Source: Chloroflexota bacterium
GTDB taxonomy: Bacteria > Chloroflexota > UBA11872 > VXOZ01
Direction: 5' to 3'
DNA length: 64,000 nucleotides
Assembly (NCBI GenBank): GCA_965207135.1
Contig: OZ242272.1
Location: 1,541,336 to 1,605,335 of the forward strand
Part shown: positions 9,980 to 19,501 of the stretch, in pieces
Layout of the letters: every line of letters starts with the position of its first letter
How positions within the stretch are numbered: position 1 is the stretch's first letter
The notes under the pieces: model-generated
The model's input: the letters and a program-made list of their open reading frames with translations, nothing else
Databases searched by the model: none
Told to the model about the DNA's origin: nothing
Translations under genes and position numbers: made by a program

Positions 9980-10999
9980 CTAGGCATACACCGTCAACTT
10001 TAGAACAGTGGCTACTGCAAGATTGAGCAAACCCAATGGCAGCAGCACTTTCCAGCAGAAGTTCATCATTTGATCGTAACGAAACCGCGGCAAGGTGGCT
10101 CGTAGCCAGATATAGAAGAACAAGAAGAGAAAGACCTTACTCACCATGAAAATGAGCGCAAGGAGCGTCGCCCAGAGATGGCCGATGTACGGTTCCAGGA
10201 ATTGGGCGGGCCACCCGCCGCCCAGGAATACCGCACTTACCAAGAATGACGCCAGCAACATATTCGCATATTCAGCAAGGAAGAAAAAGGAAAACCGCCA
10301 GCCGGAGTACTCGACGTGATAGCCGGATACTAGCTCAGTTTCCGCTTCCGGTAGGTCGAAGGGGGCACGGTTGGTTTCCGCCAGCGCGGCGCACACAAAG
10401 ACAAAGGTGCCAATAATCAATGGAATTGCGTATGGTACCTGCTGCTGTCGTACGATTTCGGGTAGCGACAAAGTCCCGGCAAGCACCACAACGCCAACGA
10501 GCGCGAGGCCAAGCATGATCTCGTAGCTGATCATCTGGGCGCTAGAGCGGAGACTGCCCAACAGCGCGTACTTGCTATTGGATGCCCAGCCGGCCATGAC
10601 AATGCCATACACCGACACTGAGGTCAGCGCCAGAATGTAGAGCAGGCCAACGTTGAGGTCGGTAGGATAGAGGCCAATAACACGCCCAAAGATGTGGAGT
10701 TCTGTACCGATCGGCACGACAGACCAAGCCATGAAGGATGGGACAAACAACAAGAACGGCGCGAGTATGAAAAGGGCCCGATCGGCTCCGGCGGGGATCA
10801 TATCCTCTTTACCCAAGAGCTTCACGGCATCGGCGAGCGTTTGGAAGGCGCCAAAGGGACCGACGCGGTTGGGACCGATGCGCGACTGAATTCGACCCAA
10901 AATGCGGCGTTCGCCCCAAATGAGCGGCGGCACTACCAGCAGCGGAATCGCAAACGCTATTAAGGATTTGACGATTACTGCTATGACTAACTCTGTCAT
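9980..10999 (-). CDS. nuoH: NADH-quinone oxidoreductase subunit H
   Basis: 339-aa protein with GERRILGRIQSRIGPNRVGPFG and the conserved RAPFDLPEAE. Confidence 0.9.
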   Translation of the reverse strand: MTELVIAVIVKSLIAFAIPLLVVPPLIWGERRILGRIQSRIGPNRVGPFGAFQTLADAVKLLGKEDMIPAGADRALFILAPFLLFVPSFMAWSVVPIGTELHIFGRVIGLYPTDLNVGLLYILALTSVSVYGIVMAGWASNSKYALLGSLRSSAQMISYEIMLGLALVGVVVLAGTLSLPEIVRQQQVPYAIPLIIGTFVFVCAALAETNRAPFDLPEAETELVSGYHVEYSGWRFSFFFLAEYANMLLASFLVSAVFLGGGWPAQFLEPYIGHLWATLLALIFMVSKVFLFLFFYIWLRATLPRFRYDQMMNFCWKVLLPLGLLNLAVATVLKLTVYA

Positions 11000-11008
11000 T
11001 GCAAATCC

Positions 11009-13546
11009 CTAGTCTGCGGACGCGGCGCGCACTGATACCGCCACCGTGGCTTCTGTGCCGAGCAATGCGCCTACCGGCGCGTCCGGGAATCCAACGGGAA
11101 GATAGACTACATCCTCGACTAACTTATCGTTGGCCTTTGCCGTCACGGTCAGGTCTGCCCCGTTTGCTTGAATGCCCACTTTATCGCCGTCACTGATGCC
11201 AAGGCGTTCCAATTGAACAGGGTGCAATTCCGCAACCGGTTCTGCCACCAAGCGGCGCAGGTTGCTACTATGGCGTCCGGTGACACCGGGCACAAAGAGA
11301 TGGTCTTGGGTCACCAAGAGCAGCTTGCCGTCTCCGTTCACACTTGGCAGCACCGGCAAGTCCTGCCAACCAAACCGCGGTTGGCTATGCGTCATGGGAA
11401 TATCTGCCATCACTTCAACTATTTCCTGGGCCACGGAATCGGGATTCCGGTAGGTCCACCGCGCTCCAAGTTGCAGGGCAAGTTCACAGAAAATCTGCCA
11501 ATCGGGTTTTGCCTCACCCACAGGGGTAATTGCCGCTTGTGCGCGCTGCGTTCGACCTTCCAAGTTGGTGTAGCTGCCGGTCTTTTCGGCAAAACTGACG
11601 GCCGGCAAGACGACATCAGCGTATTGTGACGCCGTTTCGGTAACAAACAGGTCTTGCACTACCACAAACTGCGCGCGTCGGAGTAGCGCTGCGGCTTGAT
11701 CCCCGTTTCGCGCGCTGGTTGCCAAGTCTTCACCGACGATGTAGAGGACGGAAACGTCAGCGCCGGCCAGCAAATCATCCAGTGAATTGCCTTGAGCCTC
11801 CGGTAGCACCACGTCCCACAGGCGGCCTAGCGCGCTGCGGGCCTGTGCATCGTCGCTGCTGCGGAAATTCGGCAGGATATCGGCGCCGGCGCCCATCTGC
11901 ACCAGGCCGCGTGAGTTCGCCTTGTTAGCCAATGGGAAGAGCTGTGCACCTGGCATGGCCAGCGCGAGGTTTGCTGCCGACTGGGCCAAACCTGCCGCGC
12001 CGCCAATCAACCAACTGCCAAGCCCCCACACAATGCCGACGTTGCCGGCCTGACTAAGTTGGGAGGCAGTCTCGCGGAGATCGTCCGCTGGGATGCCGGT
12101 GTCGGCAGCAGCCCGTTCCAAGCTATAGGACTGCAATTCGTCCGGAGGGTTGCTGTCTGCGGACTGACGTAAGAGCTCCGCGGCAAGGCCGTGCAGCAGA
12201 TGCACTTCCGCGCCGGGGCGAACGCGCAGCACGCGGTTCGCAAAGCGACCATCCTGTCTGCTGGGCAGGCTGCCCGCTTGAATGAGGAGCTTCCCTTGGT
12301 CGCGAACCCATTGCCGCAGGCGCATACCCAGCACGTCGTGGCTTTCCATGATGTCGCCGCCAACGACAAGGTACGCGTCCATGTGCTCCATCTGGGCAAT
12401 GCTGAAGTTGAAGGCAGCAGGGCCCAGGGCCTGAAGCGTTGGAATGAAAGTCCAGCGTTCCGTGCTGTCGATGTTGTTGGTGCCCACTACTTCCCGCATG
12501 AGGCGCGAAATGAGGTAGTTCTCTTCGTCCGAAATTCGCCCTGAAGTCACTGCGGAAATCGAATTCGCGCCATGCGCCGATTTCGCTTCTGAAATCTTGG
12601 TCGCAACCAGATTGAGGGCCTCGTCCCAGCTTGCCGGTTCAAGCTTCCCGTCTTTGCGGACTAGGGGCTGTGCCAGGCGCCCGTCATCATGGATGTAATC
12701 GTAGCCAAAGCGGCCCCGCGTGCAGAGCATTCCGTCTCCCGGGCCGCGATCTCTGGTATTCACCGGGGTTTGGTCTCGGAGCGCCGGATTGGCTTTTGTG
12801 CGTAGCACTTCGCCCATGCGTGTTTCAACGTGCATCTGGCACCCAACACTACAGTGGTTACACACTGACTCGCTCTGATTTACCTGCCAGGCACGCCCGC
12901 TATGCATAAAGGGACGGCTGAGGAGCGCGCCCACGGGACAAACTTCGATGCACTCGCCGCACTCGACGCAGTCCAGCGGTTCATCGAATTGGGTGCCGAT
13001 GTAGCTGTGAAATCCCCGCAGGTTGAAAGTAAGCGCACTATCGCCAACACGCTCATCGCAAACTCGCACGCACTTGCCGCAATAGATGCAGCGATTTGGG
13101 TCCCACTCGATTAGGGGGCTGAACTCATGGTCGGGTTCGTTCGGGTTATCGCTGCCCAGCTTACTGCGGTACACGCCAACCTCGTACGCAGTGTGCTGCA
13201 GATCGCAGACGCCGGACTTGTCGCAATAGGGACAATCCAGCGGGTGGTGTTGCAAAGTCATTTCCATGATGCCCTGCTGGGCGTGCACCACGGGCTCGGC
13301 TTTGGTGCTGACTACCATGCCTTCCATGGCTGCCGTGTTGCAGGAGGAGAGGGGCTTTGGCGCCCGTTCGACCTCTACCACGCACATGCGGCACGCGCCG
13401 TACGGCTTGAGGAAGGTATCGAAGCATAGGGTGGGAATGTAGATGCCGGCCTTGCGCGCGGCATCCAGAATCGTCGCGCCGTCAGGTACCGTTACCTCTT
13501 GGCCGTCAACTGTAAGTGTTACCGTCTTCTCCGAAGGAGTCGGCAT
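11009..13546 (-). CDS. nuoG: NADH-quinone oxidoreductase subunit G (75-kDa, Fe-S/molybdopterin-fold)
   Basis: 845-aa protein. The N-terminus has 2Fe-2S ligands (CFDTFLKPYGACRMC) and HHPLDCPYCDKSGVCDLQ, two 4Fe-4S motifs (CIYCGKCVRVC, CVECGECIEVCP), then a molybdopterin-oxidoreductase-like domain. Confidence 0.9.
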   Translation of the reverse strand: MPTPSEKTVTLTVDGQEVTVPDGATILDAARKAGIYIPTLCFDTFLKPYGACRMCVVEVERAPKPLSSCNTAAMEGMVVSTKAEPVVHAQQGIMEMTLQHHPLDCPYCDKSGVCDLQHTAYEVGVYRSKLGSDNPNEPDHEFSPLIEWDPNRCIYCGKCVRVCDERVGDSALTFNLRGFHSYIGTQFDEPLDCVECGECIEVCPVGALLSRPFMHSGRAWQVNQSESVCNHCSVGCQMHVETRMGEVLRTKANPALRDQTPVNTRDRGPGDGMLCTRGRFGYDYIHDDGRLAQPLVRKDGKLEPASWDEALNLVATKISEAKSAHGANSISAVTSGRISDEENYLISRLMREVVGTNNIDSTERWTFIPTLQALGPAAFNFSIAQMEHMDAYLVVGGDIMESHDVLGMRLRQWVRDQGKLLIQAGSLPSRQDGRFANRVLRVRPGAEVHLLHGLAAELLRQSADSNPPDELQSYSLERAAADTGIPADDLRETASQLSQAGNVGIVWGLGSWLIGGAAGLAQSAANLALAMPGAQLFPLANKANSRGLVQMGAGADILPNFRSSDDAQARSALGRLWDVVLPEAQGNSLDDLLAGADVSVLYIVGEDLATSARNGDQAAALLRRAQFVVVQDLFVTETASQYADVVLPAVSFAEKTGSYTNLEGRTQRAQAAITPVGEAKPDWQIFCELALQLGARWTYRNPDSVAQEIVEVMADIPMTHSQPRFGWQDLPVLPSVNGDGKLLLVTQDHLFVPGVTGRHSSNLRRLVAEPVAELHPVQLERLGISDGDKVGIQANGADLTVTAKANDKLVEDVVYLPVGFPDAPVGALLGTEATVAVSVRAASAD

Positions 13547-13608
13547 CGTTTCCTCTTCTCAGCCTTGGCGAAAGCCAGCCATGGGTTGTCGTACGCGCCA
13601 CACCGAAA

Positions 13609-14814
13609 TCATCGATCAATTTCACCTAGCACGATGTCAATACTGCCAATGACGGAAACCACGTCCGCCAACAACCGGCCCTTTACCAAATACGGCAACG
13701 ACTGCAGGTTGACAAAGGAAGGCGAACGCACGTGCATCCGGTAGGGCTTACCGCTGCCGTCACTGACGACGTAGAAGCCAAGCTCGCCCTTTGGCGCCTC
13801 AATGGCGCAATACGTCTCGCCGCGCTGCACCGGGAAGCCGTGGATATACATCCAAAAGTGGTTGATCATTGCTTCCATGTCAGTGTAGAGGCGCGGTGTG
13901 TCCGGGCGACCGACGCGCGAATCATCAGTCATCACCGGGCCCGGCGGCAGGTGTTCTACTACCTGACGCATGATGCGCACGCTCTGCCGCATTTCCTCGA
14001 TGCGCAGCAGGTAGCGGCTGAAGACGTCGCCTTTGCCGGTGCCAATCGGTACATCGAACTCTACCTGGTCGTAAGCCGCATACGGTTCTGCCTTGCGAAT
14101 GTCCCACGTGACACCCGAGCCGCGCAAGCAAGGTCCTGATAGGCCCATGGCAATCGCGTCATCGCCGGAAATCACACCCACGTCGACGGTTCGTCCGAGC
14201 CACAACTCATTCTTTGTGAGCAGCTTGTCATACTGATCTATTTCGCGGAGGAAGTAATCTAGAGAATCCTCGAGTTTGCGATAAAATGGGTCGCGCGGCT
14301 CTTCAAGAAAGCCGCCGGGGCGCATCACACTGTGGGTCATGCGCGCGCCGCAGAGCTCTTCGAAAAGCTCCAGCACGCGCTCACGCGCGCGGAAGGCATA
14401 CAGGAATATTGACATGGCGCCGATGTCTAGGGCATGCGTGCCAATCCACACCAGATGCCCTGCCAGACGCCCCAACTCACCGACGATGCAGCGCAGCCAC
14501 TGGGCGCGTTCCGGCACTTCGATGCCGGCAAGAGTTTCCACAGCCACCAGCCAGCCCAGGTTGCTGGAGGCTGCGGCAGTGTAGTCCATGCGATCGGTAT
14601 ACCCAAGTATCTGGGTATAGGTCTCGCTCTCGGCAATCTTTTCGGTGCCGCGATGTAGGTAACCAATGATGGGAACGGCTTCTTCGATATACTCACCGTC
14701 CATCTTCAGAATGACCCGCAGCACGCCATGGGTGCTGGGATGCTGCGGCCCCATATTCAGGATGAGACCCGAATCATCTTCGCCGGCAATGCGTTCAATC
14801 TCAACTGTTGCCAT
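13609..14814 (-). CDS. nuoD: NADH-quinone oxidoreductase subunit D (49-kDa)
   Basis: 401-aa protein (MNMGPQHPSTHGVLR...), not fused to NuoC. Confidence 0.9.
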   Translation of the reverse strand: MATVEIERIAGEDDSGLILNMGPQHPSTHGVLRVILKMDGEYIEEAVPIIGYLHRGTEKIAESETYTQILGYTDRMDYTAAASSNLGWLVAVETLAGIEVPERAQWLRCIVGELGRLAGHLVWIGTHALDIGAMSIFLYAFRARERVLELFEELCGARMTHSVMRPGGFLEEPRDPFYRKLEDSLDYFLREIDQYDKLLTKNELWLGRTVDVGVISGDDAIAMGLSGPCLRGSGVTWDIRKAEPYAAYDQVEFDVPIGTGKGDVFSRYLLRIEEMRQSVRIMRQVVEHLPPGPVMTDDSRVGRPDTPRLYTDMEAMINHFWMYIHGFPVQRGETYCAIEAPKGELGFYVVSDGSGKPYRMHVRSPSFVNLQSLPYLVKGRLLADVVSVIGSIDIVLGEIDR

Positions 14815-14853
14815 GTGATGTCTTCACTACTCCTTGAGTAGTGGCTTTCATGG

Positions 14854-15327
14854 TTAGAGCCCCTCGCGGGGAAAGTCCTTCCGCAAAGGGTGATACTCGT
14901 AGTCTTCGTCCATTAAGATGCGGCGGAGGTCCGGATGATTCTCAAACTTCACGCCCATGAGATCGTAGACCTCGCGTTCCGGCCAGTCTGCACCCGGCCA
15001 AACTTGTGTCAACGATTCAATGGATTCGCCAGCGGCAATGCGGGTCTTGAGGCGGATGCGGCGATTTTCCGGAATCGACCGCAGATGATAGACAACCTCG
15101 TACTCCTGCGTCTCGCCGGGCCAGTGCACTGCGGTTACATCGCCAAAATAATTGAAACGGAGTTCAGCATCATCGCGCAGCACTGTTGCTGCTGCCAAGA
15201 GGTCGTTGGCCGCAACCTCGATTGTCAGGTAGTCGCGGAGGGTGTCTGCGGCGGTGACTTTCTCGCCCAAGACCGCATTCACACGCTCATGGATTGTAGC
15301 GGCAGCAACTGGCGGCGGGGTGCTCAA
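14854..15327 (-). CDS. nuoC: NADH-quinone oxidoreductase subunit C (30-kDa)
   Basis: 157-aa protein with the conserved EREVYDLMGVKFENHPDLRRIL. Confidence 0.9.
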   Translation of the reverse strand: MSTPPPVAAATIHERVNAVLGEKVTAADTLRDYLTIEVAANDLLAAATVLRDDAELRFNYFGDVTAVHWPGETQEYEVVYHLRSIPENRRIRLKTRIAAGESIESLTQVWPGADWPEREVYDLMGVKFENHPDLRRILMDEDYEYHPLRKDFPREGL

Positions 15328-15334
15328 CTCTCCG

Positions 15335-15928
15335 CTACTCCTTCACTGCCGCGGCGGCGCGCTCTGTAAGTAAGGCTTCCTCTGCGCCGGCCCACTCGCC
15401 CTGCTTGATCTTCTGCTGCAAGAGCATGAGTCCTTCGAGCAGCGCTTCGGGACGTGGAGGACAGCCGGGCACGTAAATGTCCACAGGAACCGCGAGGTCT
15501 ACACCTTGCAGTACACTGTATGAACGATACGGTCCACCGCAGGTGGCGCAATTGCCATGCGCGATCACCCAGCGCGGCCGCGCCATTTGCTCCCAAAGGT
15601 TACGAATTATCGGCGCCATCTTCTTGGTCACCGTGCCTGCCACGATCATCACGTCGGATTGTCGCGGTGTCGCCCGGAACGCCATGCCGAAGCGGTCCGC
15701 ATCGTAGTGGGAGGCAAACAACGCCATCATTTCTATGGCACAGCACGCCAGACCGAACGTCATTGGCCACAACGCATTTGCGCGTCCCCAATTCAAGACT
15801 TGATCAGCAGAAGCAAGAACGAAGCCGGAGGCGCCGGTTTTCTGCCCAGCGGTCTGCGCAGTTCCCTGCGAAGTCGGCAGAGCCAGCGTATCTTCTACAA
15901 CCCCCAATCGAACGCTCCTTTCTTCCAT
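15335..15928 (-). CDS. nuoB: NADH-quinone oxidoreductase subunit B (20-kDa, N2 cluster)
   Basis: Conserved motifs are [10 protein letters not shown] and GCPPRP. The track ATG at 15928 overlaps nuoA by 34 nt and has no SD. The TTG at 15905-15907, preceded by GAAAGGAG, is the more likely start (13-nt overlap). Confidence 0.85.
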   Translation of the reverse strand: MEERSVRLGVVEDTLALPTSQGTAQTAGQKTGASGFVLASADQVLNWGRANALWPMTFGLACCAIEMMALFASHYDADRFGMAFRATPRQSDVMIVAGTVTKKMAPIIRNLWEQMARPRWVIAHGNCATCGGPYRSYSVLQGVDLAVPVDIYVPGCPPRPEALLEGLMLLQQKIKQGEWAGAEEALLTERAAAAVKE

Positions 15929-16272
15929 GCGTACACGTAGCCAACGAGCAGCACGGCAATGAAAATCGCCATTTCAACCAAACCAAAGAGACCGAGCGAT
16001 CCGAGAATTACGGCCCATGGAAAGAGAAAGGCGAGTTCCAAGTCAAATACCACATAGACTATCGCCACCATATAGAAGTGAACGCCATGGCGGCCGCGAG
16101 TGTCGCCTACCAGCCCACTGGGACCAATACCTGATTCATAGGCCACAGTCCGCAGCGGCCCGGGCAGAAACTTGGGTCGAACTATGGCTGCAAGCGCAAG
16201 CGACACAATACCGAAACCGGAAGCGGCAACAAAAGTTACCAGAAACGGGATGTAGCCTACGTAGTACTCCAT
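15895..16272 (-). CDS. nuoA: NADH-quinone oxidoreductase subunit A
   Basis: 125-aa protein with three TM helices. It is the first gene of the cluster. Confidence 0.85.
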   Translation of the reverse strand: MEYYVGYIPFLVTFVAASGFGIVSLALAAIVRPKFLPGPLRTVAYESGIGPSGLVGDTRGRHGVHFYMVAIVYVVFDLELAFLFPWAVILGSLGLFGLVEMAIFIAVLLVGYVYAWKKGAFDWGL

Positions 16273-16371
16273 CGCTTACCCTCTTGCCCTCGCCTTGACC
16301 TGTACCGGGCGCACTCCGGTCTTATGATGAACCATTTCGCTATCGTTTACAACCGCGCTGCCGGGCGTCGC

Positions 16372-17067
16372 CTAGAGAGGCATCATAGTGGTTACATTGG
16401 TGCGAACGTCGGGCGACGCAGAGTCTTCCGCTCTGCTCTCGCGCAGCAAGTATGAGAGGTATTCCACCTCGATTGAAAGGTCTACACTTGCAAGATAAAC
16501 GTGTGAAGGTACTTTGAGCGAGATGGGTGCAAAATTGAGCAGACAACGTACGCCGGCATCGATGAGTTGCTCTGTCACGGCTTGCGCCGCCTTTGCCGGA
16601 ACGGCCAGCAGCGCCATTGCAATGTGGCGTTCTTGTATGGTCTCCCCAAATTGGTCCATTGGCTTTACGACCACGTCGCGGATGACCGTACCTACCCGGC
16701 GCGGGTCGGAATCAAAAGCCTCCACAATCCGAAATCCCTGCCGCGGAAAGCCGTCGTACGCCAGCAGGGCCGAGCCGAGGTTGCCGACACCAACCAGCGC
16801 CATGGGCCAGCCTTCGCCAATTCCCAAGATCTCCTTCATGTGAGATTGGAGAGATTCCACTTCATACCCTACCCCGCGTCTGCCAAAGCTCCCAAAGTAC
16901 GCGAGGTCGCGTCGGACCTGGGCAGCAGTGGAACCGGTCAACGTAGAGAGGTGCTCGGAAGAGACATTTCCCACCCCCTGTTCCCGTAGCGCAGCCAATG
17001 TACGATAGTACATTGAGAGGCGGCGTATTGCCAATTGCGGGGCTTTGGCCCTCGGTGTATCAGGCAT
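16372..17067 (-). CDS. rex: Redox-sensing transcriptional repressor Rex
   Basis: 231-aa protein with an N-terminal winged helix (RLSMYYRTL, HLSTLTGSTAAQVRRDLAYFGSFGRRGVGY) and a Rossmann NADH-binding domain (MALVGVGNLGSAL). It lies 100 bp upstream of nuoA on the same strand. Confidence 0.9.
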   Translation of the reverse strand: MPDTPRAKAPQLAIRRLSMYYRTLAALREQGVGNVSSEHLSTLTGSTAAQVRRDLAYFGSFGRRGVGYEVESLQSHMKEILGIGEGWPMALVGVGNLGSALLAYDGFPRQGFRIVEAFDSDPRRVGTVIRDVVVKPMDQFGETIQERHIAMALLAVPAKAAQAVTEQLIDAGVRCLLNFAPISLKVPSHVYLASVDLSIEVEYLSYLLRESRAEDSASPDVRTNVTTMMPL

Positions 17068-17096
17068 AGGCGCTCCTCACATCAGGGGCATTTTCA

Positions 17097-17114
17097 ACGT
17101 GAAAGATATCACAA
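17097..17114. promoter_or_regulatory. Candidate Rex operator (ACGTGAAAGATATCACAA) about 30 bp upstream of the rex start
   Basis: It matches the Rex operator consensus TTGTGAAnnnnTTCACAA at 15 of 18 positions, and the conserved GTGAA-N4-ATCACAA core is intact. It sits in the rex/nuo promoter region. Coordinates were hand-counted. Confidence 0.55.
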
Positions 17115-17641
17115 GCTCCTACCTCACGCAACTAGTCGGAGATGATTTGCATTGACTTGGCCCGTGCCAAGCTCTGATCTAGTAAGGCGAATGCTAAAGA
17201 GAGCGCGCTCCCTGTAATTCCTTACTCCGCTCTAAGGCAGGAATGGTTTCGCAGGGCGACACGATGATCGTACGACCGGAGCAAATTATGGGCAACAATT
17301 GCTTTGTCCTAGAGTGTTCAGCCTTCGTGCTGGTCCAGTCACTTTAGGAATTTGCGGCCATCCCGCCCTTCGGAGCCCGCATCGCCCGAGAGCTAACGGT
17401 CCAATTCGCATGTATGCCGCTTTAGTAATGTGGAAAGACCGTTATTCATTCCCGCAGATGGGCGTACGGTCGCGACAACGGTGTGCAAGAGGCAACGCTC
17501 AATTTCGGCCTGAAGAATCCCCGGAATGAAAATAGCAGCGCGAGAAATGAATCAACAACCCCGCGGCATTCTCTCTTTTCTTAGAAAACGGCGCGGGGAA
17601 GGTTTGTTTGATCGCAATGCCGGCGAGAATCGCCGTCAATT

Positions 17642-19501
17642 TCATCCAGGCTCCTGCGGGGGTTGTGCCGACTGCTGGTCCGGTGGAACAATTCTTGTTC
17701 CGAGCACCCAGCGTTCTTGCCACGGCCGGTAGCGGCTCTTGAAGTGATCGAATCGGCTGTTGCCGCCTTCCACTACCTCCCGGTGAATCTCGGTTTGGAC
17801 GCCATCGGCAGCCCATTCAATTTGCAGGCGCTTGCCCAAGGGAAGTTCGGGGTCGATTTTGTCGGGCAAGGGCGGCCCATGTCTAACCCAGTTCTTGGCA
17901 ATGGCCGGCAACATACGCACCCAGCGATCGGAACTCCGGCCGTGCATCACGAATTTCAGTGTCATTTCCTCTTCGTCAACGTGTGTTTGGATGAGTATAG
18001 GATGTTCTGAATCATTGATGAACTTGAGGTCTACACCAGGATCATAGACTGCAGCATCGAAGCCGGGCGGACTGCCGTCGCGCTCATAGTAACTCACTCG
18101 ATACGAGTGCTGATTGCGCTCCTCGATGGGCAGGCCGGCCCAGAATGCCGCGCGGAACATAGTAGTGGAGACCTGGCAAACCCCGCCACCAACTCCCGGC
18201 ACTGTCTGGTCGCCAAGTATCACCAGACTGGACTGGTAGCCATCCTCGCTCGTAATTGGACCTAATGTCTTAAGGAATGAAAACATCTCACCAGGTGGGA
18301 CAACAAAACCGTGTAGTTTTCTCGCTGCCAAGGCAATGTTGTGTGCGCGCTCGGGCGGCGACCCAGCAAACAGAGAGGTACCTTCTGCAAGAACATTGTC
18401 AAAGCCCCAGTCGTGCATATTAGCCGCAGTGTACATAGGTTCTCGCACTTCGGCCGGAAGGTAGAGTGCCGTAACACCTTGCTGAATTGCAGCTTGCGCG
18501 GTAGCGATGAGCGAGTCAGTGTTGGTCTCATAGCCCATTTCGGCGGGCGCTGCCAACGTCACGTCTCCATCACGAACTGTAAGGCGAGCGTTCTTGGCAG
18601 GGCGAGTTGCCTCGGTGGAAACATGGTCCAGCCATCCCCGGAGCATCTCAGATTCTCCCACAAGCTCAAGGCGCCCCTGATCCGGCTCCTGCATAATCCT
18701 CAGCCAGGACGCTAGCGTGCTGCCAGGAACTTGCCACGCATCGCCCGCAAGCTCGAAGCGCAGACCGTGGCGAGTGAGTCTCTCAAAGATGGACTTTACT
18801 TCCTCTGCTTTCTGCAAGGGAATAGGAGGAACAAGCGTCAATACCGGCAACTCAATCTGTTGACGCAATGGTGGGTCGTCAGGAAGCTGCATGAGCCGCA
18901 GCGTTGCTTCGCGGTCAAGCCACTTGCCATCGGAACCTGGCTGCACACTTACATTATTGGCCTGCCGTTCCAGCAAGGAGTTTACCGGTGGCCGATCAAT
19001 GTGCTCAGCGATCGAGTTGAGGAATTGGAGAGCGACCAAGGGATCCAAGTAGACCGGCATACTGACTTGATTGTCCAAGCTAAAGCTTAGGAACCATAGC
19101 CACATGCGCCGCCGCTCGGTGGCGAAAGCTTTGCGCAACGCCTCTTCTATATCAACAGTTATCCCAATGTCTGTGGCCGAGGGTTGCCACGACGCATCTT
19201 CATGGCCGAGCACGACGGGGTTATGGATGTAGTCTTCCCACTGCGCTTGCACGAGCGCGGTGGCCTCCGCCTGCGACAAACCGGAAATGTCCACGGAGCC
19301 TATGAATGTGCCCGGCAACGCATACTTGCCGGCTTGTGAGCGCAACACACCAAGCGCCGACCCTGCGGACAGACCGACAAGCGGGACTGCACCGGCTTTC
19401 AAGAGCAGGCGCCGGGATATTCGTCGAGAGTTCGCTTTCCAAGCGTACCGCGACTGCATTGGCATGCTAGATCTCCGTGGCGGGATCAATGGCATCGGCA
19501 C
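17642..19501 (-). CDS. VanW-domain protein with a Tat-type signal peptide
   Basis: The VanW signature is GVGGGVCQVSTTMFRAAFWAGLPIEERNQHSY. The N-terminal SRRISRRLLLKAGAVPLVGLSAGSALG is a twin-arginine signal. A start at the internal ATG (MPMQ..., near 19465) is equally possible. Confidence 0.8.
   Translation of the reverse strand: MPMPLIPPRRSSMPMQSRYAWKANSRRISRRLLLKAGAVPLVGLSAGSALGVLRSQAGKYALPGTFIGSVDISGLSQAEATALVQAQWEDYIHNPVVLGHEDASWQPSATDIGITVDIEEALRKAFATERRRMWLWFLSFSLDNQVSMPVYLDPLVALQFLNSIAEHIDRPPVNSLLERQANNVSVQPGSDGKWLDREATLRLMQLPDDPPLRQQIELPVLTLVPPIPLQKAEEVKSIFERLTRHGLRFELAGDAWQVPGSTLASWLRIMQEPDQGRLELVGESEMLRGWLDHVSTEATRPAKNARLTVRDGDVTLAAPAEMGYETNTDSLIATAQAAIQQGVTALYLPAEVREPMYTAANMHDWGFDNVLAEGTSLFAGSPPERAHNIALAARKLHGFVVPPGEMFSFLKTLGPITSEDGYQSSLVILGDQTVPGVGGGVCQVSTTMFRAAFWAGLPIEERNQHSYRVSYYERDGSPPGFDAAVYDPGVDLKFINDSEHPILIQTHVDEEEMTLKFVMHGRSSDRWVRMLPAIAKNWVRHGPPLPDKIDPELPLGKRLQIEWAADGVQTEIHREVVEGGNSRFDHFKSRYRPWQERWVLGTRIVPPDQQSAQPPQEPG

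Noticed and set aside
16273-16371. Strong Rex box immediately upstream of nuoA
   Set aside because: Only a partial GAA-N4-TTCA core was found (9 of the 12 consensus positions). It is mentioned as a weak secondary site and is not annotated as a feature.
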